The notes beneath the pieces were generated by a model that was given only the letters and a program-made list of their open reading frames with translations, searched no databases and was not told the DNA's origin. The position numbers and the translations under genes are program-made. From the NCBI GenBank assembly GCA_963675595.2, contig CAXXLZ010000002.1, forward strand, positions 1,152,001 to 1,216,000: a stretch of 64,000 nt of DNA. The letters are read 5' to 3'. Below, in pieces: positions 21,444-29,715 of this stretch; position 1 is the first letter of the stretch, and every line of letters begins with the position of its first letter. The DNA comes from Thermodesulfobacteriota bacterium (GTDB lineage: Bacteria; Desulfobacterota; Desulfarculia; JACQYL01).

Positions 21444-21595
21444 AGGCAGGTATTCTGGCTCCCGGATCACTCCCGCCCCGCGCCTTCCCATCCAATGCTT
21501 CCATGGCGGCTCACGCGACGGAGTTCCCCGGTTACAGCGGCCGGTCCGCTCCCGAATTTCACGGGATTCCCTTTTAAGCGTTTTGCACCTACGAG
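21444..21595 (-). ncRNA. Cobalamin riboswitch
   Basis: Minus strand AGGTGC..AAAAGGGAATCCCGTGAAATTCGGG..GCCGCTGTAA..GGGAAGG..GAGCCAGAATACCTGCC (B12 box). Confidence 0.93.
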
Positions 21596-21892
21596 CGCTA
21601 GGCTTTAGCAGGAGGCCCAAGCCCTTGTCAAGACCGTATGCCGGTGCGGAAAGACGCCTCCACACCGAGCGGCCGCGTCCGCGGGCGGCTCGCCGGGTAT
21701 TTCCCAAGGATTCCGGGGGGAAGACGAGTGATTGAAAGCCGGTTCTTCGGTGCGTGATCAAGCCCAATAAAGGGGTTTCTTTGCCGACTCGGGAGAGGTA
21801 AGGAAGGTTGGAGATGGATGCGAAAACCTGTTTCTCCCTCCCCTCCTTCGTCGGAGGCGGTAGGGCGGACTTAAGAAAACGGAGGCCGGCCC

Positions 21893-22570
21893 ATGACCCT
21901 GCGGCAAATCCATGAAGCCGTCGAAAAGATCGGCTGCCTTTCCTTCACCACCCTCGACGGAAGCACCCCCCACAGCCGGATCGTGCACGTTTGCGGATAC
22001 GACGACGAAGGCCTGTACTTCCTTACCATGACCGTAAAACCGTTTTACCGCCAGTTGTCCGCTTCCGGAATAGTCGCCCTGTGCGGCATCTATCCCGCGG
22101 GACGCCCCACCGGGAAAAATGCCGTGGGGCAACCCGCCTTCGAACCCGGATTCACCCTTCGGATCACCGGGGAAGCGCGGGAGGTATCCCAAGAAACGAT
22201 CCGGGCCAAGGCGGAGGCCGGACACCCCATGTTCAGGTACTTCCTGGAGGACCAAGCGCGTTATCCCGCCACGCGCCTGTTTTGCATCCGCAACGGCAAG
22301 GGCGAAATCTTCGATTACGACTTCGAAATGGTGAACCGGGACCACAAACTGCTGCGCACCCGGTTTTCCTTCGGCGGGGAAACCCACAACGAGCCGGGAG
22401 GCCGTATCACCGACGACTGTATTGCCTGCGGCGAATGCGAAAAGGTCTGCACCTTCAAGGCCATAGAGCCGGGCGAACCGTATCGCATCCTGGGCGAACG
22501 ATGCGACGAATGCGGAAGCTGTTATTTGGTCTGCCCGCAAAACGCCATCGAACTTCCCAAGACGATATAG
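21893..22570 (+). CDS. Pyridoxamine 5'-phosphate oxidase-like protein with C-terminal 2x[4Fe-4S] domain
   Basis: YFLT..KPFYRQL; CIACGECEKVC and CDECGSCYLVCP. Confidence 0.85.
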   Translation: MTLRQIHEAVEKIGCLSFTTLDGSTPHSRIVHVCGYDDEGLYFLTMTVKPFYRQLSASGIVALCGIYPAGRPTGKNAVGQPAFEPGFTLRITGEAREVSQETIRAKAEAGHPMFRYFLEDQARYPATRLFCIRNGKGEIFDYDFEMVNRDHKLLRTRFSFGGETHNEPGGRITDDCIACGECEKVCTFKAIEPGEPYRILGERCDECGSCYLVCPQNAIELPKTI

Positions 22571-22811
22571 GGTTGTTGTTCAGACAATCATCGGGGGAAC
22601 CACGTTCCCCCGAATCCCCATGTGCGGGCTCCGTCCCAAAGGGAACGGACCCGATCAGGTATTTCAGATTTTCGGCCACAGGTCGCAAGTTGCATTGGAA
22701 GCGTTCCCTCCATTTCCCCCTGCGCGCCCATCCCGTCTTGCCCATTCCGCAAGCCTTTGATATTTTGTACCGAACCTCCGCCGCACCAATGCCGAATACT
22801 GAATAGTGGTA

Positions 22812-22950
22812 GCTGTTCACAGGCTAGACGTGGTGAGGGGTCCTTGGAAGACCGATTGCCGGACCCATTACGAACGGAGCCTTCGACAAGGCCGCCCCGG
22901 TCCGGAAATCCACTCACCGCAGGGCGCCTCTCCGCCGGAGGCGGTGAGGC
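22812..22950 (+). repeat. Dispersed repeat family C (second copy ~47601-47721)
   Basis: CTGTTCACAGG..GACCGATTGCCGGAC..ACGGAGCCTTCGACAAGG..TCCGGAAATCCACTCA..GCCTCTCCGCCGGAGGCGGTGAGG. Confidence 0.8.
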
Positions 22951-22970
22951 CTGGTTGAGAAGCTTTGGAT

Positions 22971-23020
22971 GGGGGTACGGGGGAAGACTTTCTCGAAAGT
23001 CTTCCCCCGTGAATGCCCAC
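22971..23020 (+). repeat. Dispersed hairpin repeat family A (also ~4151-4196, 35847-35906, 36980-37040 rc, 47254-47305 rc, 57392-57445 rc)
   Basis: G-rich arm, ACTTT..AAA(G)T, C-rich arm, usually ending GTGA(A/G)(T/C)GC..AC. Confidence 0.75.
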
Positions 23021-23032
23021 AGGTAGCCGCCT

Positions 23033-23701
23033 ATGCGCCGATCGACTCAGAACAACCTCATCGTCTTCGCTTTCCTGGCTCCCTCGCTCTTTCTTACGCC
23101 GGTTTTGGCCTCGGCCGAGTCCTACGTTACGATCCTTTCCGCCCTGGACGGCGACAGCCTGGTGACCAAAAACGGGAGCGAAATTCGCCTGTTCGGCGTG
23201 GATTGTCCCGAATTCGGACAACCCTTCGCGGAGGAAGCCCGCCGCTTCACCCGCCGATCCACTGCGGGCGTGAGAGTTCGTTTGGAAGAAATCACCCGCG
23301 ACATCCACGGACGCACGGTGGCCCGGGTGTTCCTTCCGGACGGACGAGACCTGGGCGCTGAACTTGTGAGACAAGGATACGCCTGGTGGTTCCGCAAATA
23401 CGCTCCCGATCGGACCGATCTGAAGGCGTTGGAGGCCGAAGCCCGGGCCGCCGGACGGGGATTGTGGTCCGATCACGACCCGGTGCCTCCCTGGCGCGTG
23501 CGCTGGGAAGCCGGCAAAACGTCCGCCCTCGCGGGTCCCGAGTCCCAATCCGGCACCATTTACCGGGGAAACAGGCGAAGTCATGTATTCCATCGCCCCG
23601 AATGCAAAGATTACCGCTGCCGCAATTGCACGGCGGTCTTCCAACAACGGGAAGAGGCGATAGAGGCGGGGTATCGTCCCTGCAAACAGTGCAACCCCTG
23701 A
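23033..23701 (+). CDS. Secreted thermonuclease (SNase) with Ada-like Zn-binding tail
   Basis: DGDS, IRLFGVDCPE, DIHGRTVA, ARAAGRGLW; GNRRSHVFHRPEC..GYRPCKQC. Confidence 0.92.
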   Translation: MRRSTQNNLIVFAFLAPSLFLTPVLASAESYVTILSALDGDSLVTKNGSEIRLFGVDCPEFGQPFAEEARRFTRRSTAGVRVRLEEITRDIHGRTVARVFLPDGRDLGAELVRQGYAWWFRKYAPDRTDLKALEAEARAAGRGLWSDHDPVPPWRVRWEAGKTSALAGPESQSGTIYRGNRRSHVFHRPECKDYRCRNCTAVFQQREEAIEAGYRPCKQCNP

Positions 23702-23739
23702 CGAATCGCCGCCTTCTCTACGGAACTCGATGAAATCCC

Positions 23740-24462
23740 ATGAAAACGGATGACTACGTTCGATACACCTACTGGATCACTTCGGAACAAGCGGAACGAC
23801 TCGCCCGTATCCTGAAGGAGGAACACGGAATTCGGCTCCGCAAAGCCGGGGGCGTGGTTTGTACTCCCCTGGCGCCCAAAAGCCGGGTGACCCTGGTGAC
23901 TCCTCAGGCATGGAACCGGACCTGTGCACGACAAGGCTCCTGGTATCGGACCTCATCCCGGGCGGGTTTCAGTTTGGCGGTAAGCTCGGAGCCTCTGGAA
24001 GGGTTCGGCTTTCAATTGAACACATGCATTACCCTCTCCTCGAAACGGGTGACTGAAAGAGCCGATCCGGAAACGAAATTGAAGCTGGTCGAGTCGCGGC
24101 GATATAAGAGCTTGGAGCCCTCGGAATGGCGCGATGTGCTTCCCGCGGAGAAAAAACGATTTCTGGCCTGGGCGCGTAAGCGCGGTGTAACGTACGACTT
24201 CGAAGAACTGTTTCTGACCCATTCGGCCAATCACGCCAATTTTATCGACCCGCTCTTGTTTATGGAGGAAGGGGACGCTATGATCCCGTATTCCATCGAC
24301 CGGAGCGCCGCCCTGTGCTCCTGCTGCCTCGAACTGTACAACGTACTCGGACACAAGTTCCCGAAGAAGCTGGTTGCGCTCTGCTCAGGTGCCGTGGCCT
24401 TCTCACGATTGCCGGAAGACGTTTTCCTGGAGGTTCGCACCACGCAACAAAACGATGATTGA
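23740..24462 (+). CDS. Hypothetical Cys/His-rich protein
   Basis: 240-aa ORF in line with its neighbours; HSANH, CSCC. Confidence 0.7.
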   Translation: MKTDDYVRYTYWITSEQAERLARILKEEHGIRLRKAGGVVCTPLAPKSRVTLVTPQAWNRTCARQGSWYRTSSRAGFSLAVSSEPLEGFGFQLNTCITLSSKRVTERADPETKLKLVESRRYKSLEPSEWRDVLPAEKKRFLAWARKRGVTYDFEELFLTHSANHANFIDPLLFMEEGDAMIPYSIDRSAALCSCCLELYNVLGHKFPKKLVALCSGAVAFSRLPEDVFLEVRTTQQNDD

Positions 24463-24632
24463 GAGGTGCCGCCAAACGAGCCGAGTTCTCGGAAGTCTCC
24501 CCGAAACAGGAGGGTTTACCCGCCTGGGAAGGAGGTAGGATTTTGAGCATACGGCCTCAAGGCCGCCGGCATCTGGAATCCGCCGTGGAGCCGGACAACA
24601 CCGGCGAGCGTCTTCCGGAGAAGGACGATCCC

Positions 24633-27080
24633 GTGAAGGACGAACAAAAGACCAAGGCCCAACTCATCGCGGAACTCAATGAACTCCGGAGCCGCCTGAC
24701 TCGATACGAAGAGTCTTCCGATGAAAACGGAGTCCCGCCCGGGGAATCCAATGGACCGGTCGCCCTCCTTCAGACCCTTATCGATACGATCCCCACGCCC
24801 CTGTTCTACAAGAACAAGCCGTGCCGCTATCTGGGCTGCAACCGGGCTTTCGAATTCTTCTCCGGCCTCTCCAAAGATAAGATTATCGGCTCCAGCGTTT
24901 GGGACGTGTTTCCCGAGGAAACGGCTTCACTGTATCACACCATGGATCGCAAGCTACTCCGGAATCCGGGCGTCCAGATCTACGAAGCCCCCACGCTCTT
25001 TCCCAACGGGGAATCGCGCATCATAGAATACCACAAGGCCACTTTTACCGATTCCAAAGGGGATGTGGCCGGCATCGTGGGCATCATGGTGGACACGACA
25101 CGTCGCAAGGCTGCCGAGGAGGCTCTGAAGGAGAGCGAAAGAGAGTTTCGCACCCTCGCCGAACAAACGCCTTTCGGCATTTCCATCATGGATCGCAATC
25201 GCCGGTTTGCTTACTTCAATCCCAAGTTTACCCAATTGTTCGGCTACACTCTGGAGGACCTTCCGAATAAGGATGCCTGGTTCCACAACTTCTACCCGGA
25301 CGATGGGGTTCGCCGGGAATTGCGTTCCCGCTGGGAGGAGAGTTTCGCACGGGAATCCGGGAGAAGCGGGTTCAGGGAAATGATCCACCCGCTGAGATGC
25401 CGCAACGGCAGAGACCGCGTGGTCCGGATGCGCGCGGTGATTCTTGAGGACGACAAGCATTTCATGTTCTACGACGACATTACCTCCCGCATCAATGATA
25501 TCGAGGAACTGAGCAGAAGTCGGGAGGAGCTGAAGCGACTCTATGAAGAAGCCAGCAGAGCTCAGGACGTCTACGCGTCCCTTCTTCGTTCCTCACCCGA
25601 CTCCATTGTGATTTACGATTCGGAGGGCCGAGCGGTATTCGTCAACTCCGCTTTCACCCAGGTTTTCGGTTGGACGCTGGAGGAAGTACAGGGGAAACGT
25701 ATCGATTTCGTCCCGGAATCCGAAAAGAACGCCACTTCCGAAGTTATCCGACGAATATTCCAAGAAGACCAAATATGCCGAGGCTTCGAAACCCGAAGAT
25801 TGACCAAGGATGGAAGGATTCTGGACGTCAATATCAGTGCGTCCGGTTACCACGATCATGAAGGGAAACTGGAAGGCTCGCTGGTGATCCTTCGAGACAT
25901 CTCCGACCAGAAGGTATTGGAGGCCCAACTGCTCCAGGCGCACAAGATGGAAGCCCTGGGCACCCTGGCGGGAGGCGTGGCCCATGATTTCAACAACATC
26001 ATGCAGGCCATCACCGGCTACGTGCAGGTGCTGCTCATGGAGAATTCCCCCGAAAGTCCGGACTATCCCAAGCTGCAGGGCATCGAGAAATCCGCTCATC
26101 GAGCCGGCACTCTGACACGGCGTTTGCTCATGTTCAGTAGAAAGGTGGACGCCGAACTTCGCGCTGTCGATCTCAACACCGAAGTGAATCAGGTGTCCAA
26201 ACTGCTGACGCAAATCTTCCCCAAGATGATCGACATTCAACTCCAGTTGGATGAAAACGTGGAGGCGGTAAACGCGGACCCGGTCCAGCTGGAACAAATC
26301 ATGATGAATCTGGGAGTCAATGCCAGGGACGCCATGGTGGACGGTGGAAAGCTGATTTTCAGGACGGAAAATGTCGTTCTGGATAAGGACTTCTGCGCAA
26401 GGCACATGGGCGCAAAAGAGGGGCGGTTCGTGATGCTGTCCGTTTCGGATACCGGCCACGGGATCGATCCCTCCATTCTGGACCGCGTCTTCGACCCCTT
26501 CTTCACGACCAAGCCCGTGGGGCAGGGAACCGGCCTGGGCTTGGCCATGGTCTACGGCATCGTCAAGGCTCATGGAGGTTACATCACCTGTTCCAGCCAA
26601 CCGGAAGTGGGGACCACTTTCAGAATCTATTTTCCCGCCGTTGCAAGACGGCCCGAGGCCCGTCGGTCACCGGATTGGGAGGAGAAAAACCCGAAGGGCA
26701 AAGGAGAACTGCTGCTCCTGGTGGACGATGAAGAGGGAATCCGTGAGGTGGGCAAAGACCTGCTCACTCGTTTCGGATATCAAGTACTCACCGCGGAAAG
26801 CGGTGAGCGTGCCGTGGACGTGTACAAGACGCTCTCCAGCCGACCGGACCTGGTAATCCTGGACCTGAGCATGCCCGGCATGGGAGGGATGAAATGCCTC
26901 AAAATTCTCCGTGAGTTAAACCCGGCTGTGCGAGTGATCATCTCCACAGGCTATCTGGACCAGTCTCGCCTGAAGGACCTGCCGGAGGCCCAAGACGCCG
27001 CGTTCGTGGGAAAGCCCTACAAGATCAACGAGCTCCTCAAGACCCTTCGAAGGGTCCTTGACGGGAAACCGACGGGCTGA
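24633..27080 (+). CDS. Multi-PAS hybrid sensor histidine kinase/response regulator
   Basis: Three PAS domains, AGGVAHDFNN, PFFTTK..GTGLGL, receiver; likely GTG start at 24633. Confidence 0.95.
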   Translation: MKDEQKTKAQLIAELNELRSRLTRYEESSDENGVPPGESNGPVALLQTLIDTIPTPLFYKNKPCRYLGCNRAFEFFSGLSKDKIIGSSVWDVFPEETASLYHTMDRKLLRNPGVQIYEAPTLFPNGESRIIEYHKATFTDSKGDVAGIVGIMVDTTRRKAAEEALKESEREFRTLAEQTPFGISIMDRNRRFAYFNPKFTQLFGYTLEDLPNKDAWFHNFYPDDGVRRELRSRWEESFARESGRSGFREMIHPLRCRNGRDRVVRMRAVILEDDKHFMFYDDITSRINDIEELSRSREELKRLYEEASRAQDVYASLLRSSPDSIVIYDSEGRAVFVNSAFTQVFGWTLEEVQGKRIDFVPESEKNATSEVIRRIFQEDQICRGFETRRLTKDGRILDVNISASGYHDHEGKLEGSLVILRDISDQKVLEAQLLQAHKMEALGTLAGGVAHDFNNIMQAITGYVQVLLMENSPESPDYPKLQGIEKSAHRAGTLTRRLLMFSRKVDAELRAVDLNTEVNQVSKLLTQIFPKMIDIQLQLDENVEAVNADPVQLEQIMMNLGVNARDAMVDGGKLIFRTENVVLDKDFCARHMGAKEGRFVMLSVSDTGHGIDPSILDRVFDPFFTTKPVGQGTGLGLAMVYGIVKAHGGYITCSSQPEVGTTFRIYFPAVARRPEARRSPDWEEKNPKGKGELLLLVDDEEGIREVGKDLLTRFGYQVLTAESGERAVDVYKTLSSRPDLVILDLSMPGMGGMKCLKILRELNPAVRVIISTGYLDQSRLKDLPEAQDAAFVGKPYKINELLKTLRRVLDGKPTG

Positions 27081-27223
27081 ACCTCAGACGCCCTCTTACC
27101 GTCGGCGCTCCTGAGAAACCCCGTGGGGTATCCGGTTTCTACGGGACGGCGGAAGAAAATGACACGCAAAGCGCACCGATCCCGTGGGATGCGCCCGCAC
27201 GGTATACCCTCCGGATCGGGTTC

Positions 27224-28027
27224 TTAGGGTCGGTTGCCCTGCGCCCAACGGGCCATTTTCTCTCTTGAGATTCTAAGATAATCTCTGTCCCCGGAAAAGA
27301 CTTCGAGGGTTACCGTGCCGTCGTATCCCACCCCCCGGAGAGCGCCCACAATGCACGGAAAGTCCAGGGTCCCGGTACCCGGAGGCAAGTGATTGTCATC
27401 CCTGCCGAAGTTGTCGTGGGCGTGCACGTGCCCGATGCGATTCGGAAATTGCTCAATAAATTTCAAGACGTTCTTGAGACCGCCTCCGTCTAGATTGGCG
27501 TGACCCGTGTCCAAGGTCAGATACAACCTTGGGTGACGCGAAAAAAGTTGCTCGAAGTCCTCGGGAGCTGATAGAGACCGGGACCTGGGGGGCATGTTTT
27601 CCACGCAGAGCCGGATTCCCAACTGATTCCCATGGACGATGACGGACTCCAGGCTTTCCATCATGTATCTTCTCGACAACTCGGGAACCAGGGAGCCCAG
27701 TCCCACCGCATGGCCGGGGTGCACCACCGCTTTCCACGCTCCCAGTTCCGCTGCGGTCTCCAGGGAGTTCAGCATCTCGTCGAGAGAGGCTTTTCTGAGG
27801 CTCTCGGTCAAGTCCGCCGTGACGACAAAGGTGGGGAGGTGGGCCACAAGGCCCATCCCCAAGTCCTTCAACGTTTGGCGCAACTCGGCCTTCAGCCGTC
27901 TGATTTGCAGATAGTGAGCTTGTGGCGGGTCCATGGTCAACTCGAAGTAATCGAAACCGAGTTTTGCGAATTCACGAATCTCCTGAAGCACCGGTTTCAC
28001 CGGGAAATTCATGGCGCCGAAAAGCAT
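27224..28027 (-). CDS. Sugar phosphate isomerase/epimerase (xylose isomerase-like TIM barrel)
   Basis: VENM, DTGHAN, HVHAHDN..HLPPG, TLEV. Confidence 0.88.
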   Translation of the reverse strand: MLFGAMNFPVKPVLQEIREFAKLGFDYFELTMDPPQAHYLQIRRLKAELRQTLKDLGMGLVAHLPTFVVTADLTESLRKASLDEMLNSLETAAELGAWKAVVHPGHAVGLGSLVPELSRRYMMESLESVIVHGNQLGIRLCVENMPPRSRSLSAPEDFEQLFSRHPRLYLTLDTGHANLDGGGLKNVLKFIEQFPNRIGHVHAHDNFGRDDNHLPPGTGTLDFPCIVGALRGVGYDGTVTLEVFSGDRDYLRISREKMARWAQGNRP

Positions 28028-28139
28028 GGCGAACGGCTCCCTTGTTTTCACCTTAATATTTGTGTCACGCATTGCCGAAGTGCGTCGCGTCATTCTATAA
28101 TAAGGAAACAATCAAGGGAAGATAGAGGACGGAGGAAGG

Positions 28140-29582
28140 ATGATGAAAAAGTTCGGAGTGATTCTTGCTTTTGTGTCGGTTTGGGCACTGTTCTCTGCAA
28201 TGGCATGGGCCGAGTTGCCCGACGGAGTGTGGAAGGACGTACCTTCGGGAAATGCGAACGACAATTACGCGCTGTACGTTCAGACCTACACCGAGCAGTC
28301 CGTGGTGGTGGTGCTGCTGGACAACTCCGGAGAGCATGGAGCCCGTAGAATGTATGCTTTTCTGGACTCCGATTTCAGCGACGGCGTGGACGCTTCGGAG
28401 GTCGGAGGAATCGACGCCCAGCTGATTATCCAGGATTTCACGTCCCAGCCCGCGCTTTCGGCATCTTTCACCGTGGGGGGCGTCACCAGTGATTTCCAGC
28501 TATATCAGTGGGTTTCCTCTCCGGATGTGTCTCACGTGGCCAAAAACGGCATCTACAAAAACGTGGCGCCCATGGAAGCGACGGAGTTCAATCTGTATTT
28601 CCAGACCTACGACGCGGACCCCGCCTCGGCCATCGCCATTCTAACACCGGACGGCGGAGCGACCTATTACGCCTTCCTGGTGGGTGATCTGGACAACGGA
28701 TTCGACACCTCGGACTTGTTGGAGGAAGGGGCCCAACTCTCCATTGAGTTTACCCCGATCAGTTCCGATCTGGACGCCTCGGCCCAAACCGATGTCTCCC
28801 CCGCAAACGATGAAGAACCGCCGTATGCCTTCACGCCCCCGGGCGGCGTGGAAACCACGGGCACCCTTTTCAAGTGGTTCCAGGGACCGGCCTACTTCGG
28901 TACCTATACCATCGGGGGTCAGGTTCATTTCAACGGCACGCCGTTTCCTGTGATCAGCAATCTTCAACCCAGGTTTCATTATGTATTCGACTACGATCTG
29001 GACGCTTACAGCGACATCTATGAACTGACCTACGATTCTTCCACCGGGATGTACACCATACAATATTTCCCGGCCGACGGCGCGTTTTCCATCAACTTCG
29101 CCATCGATCCCCGGCATGACTACCTTCCGGGCAATTTCTACAGCTACATCAGTTCCATCGAAGCGGGGGCCATGTCCGAATCCGAGCGAGAGAACGTGGA
29201 CATTCCCTTGACCGAAGTGATCCACCTCACGGCCCCCTACGACAACACGCAGATCATCTACGCCAGAGGCGAGTACCCTTCCCTTTCATCTCCGGTGACC
29301 TTCACGTGGGAGGCTGTGGACGGTGTGACCCGATGGCGCGTTGTGTTGGACCGTTACCGCAGTCCCGATCATCCGGACGGTTACGGATTCATCGAGAACC
29401 TGGTCACGCTGAACGACGTGACGGAAACCACGTATTCCACCGGTGCCCTTGCCTCTTCCGCCTCCAATGAACACTACCAGTTCTTTGTCGAAGGATTCGC
29501 CGGCGACGACCTCATCGCCAAATACTACACCGTATATACGGACGGCTACGGGGGCGACTTCCGATTCCGGATCGTGCCTTAG
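28140..29582 (+). CDS. Secreted acidic protein with two copies of an uncharacterised ~95-aa repeat
   Basis: GGAGG RBS, signal peptide, GxWK..YxQTY..FLxxD repeats. Confidence 0.8.
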   Translation: MMKKFGVILAFVSVWALFSAMAWAELPDGVWKDVPSGNANDNYALYVQTYTEQSVVVVLLDNSGEHGARRMYAFLDSDFSDGVDASEVGGIDAQLIIQDFTSQPALSASFTVGGVTSDFQLYQWVSSPDVSHVAKNGIYKNVAPMEATEFNLYFQTYDADPASAIAILTPDGGATYYAFLVGDLDNGFDTSDLLEEGAQLSIEFTPISSDLDASAQTDVSPANDEEPPYAFTPPGGVETTGTLFKWFQGPAYFGTYTIGGQVHFNGTPFPVISNLQPRFHYVFDYDLDAYSDIYELTYDSSTGMYTIQYFPADGAFSINFAIDPRHDYLPGNFYSYISSIEAGAMSESERENVDIPLTEVIHLTAPYDNTQIIYARGEYPSLSSPVTFTWEAVDGVTRWRVVLDRYRSPDHPDGYGFIENLVTLNDVTETTYSTGALASSASNEHYQFFVEGFAGDDLIAKYYTVYTDGYGGDFRFRIVP

Positions 29583-29715
29583 GCGAGGAACGACGCGGCG
29601 TTTCATCGGGGGCATCCGCCGTACGCCCACCGTAGGCCGTGCCGCCGCGCCGTTTTTTTTGGAGGGTAATGATCAGGGGGTGCTTCTTCAAGAGCGCCCC
29701 CTCGGCTATTGCGGT

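Noticed and set aside
22590-23020. Clustered repeats as a CRISPR array
   Set aside because: No regularly spaced identical repeats and no cas genes
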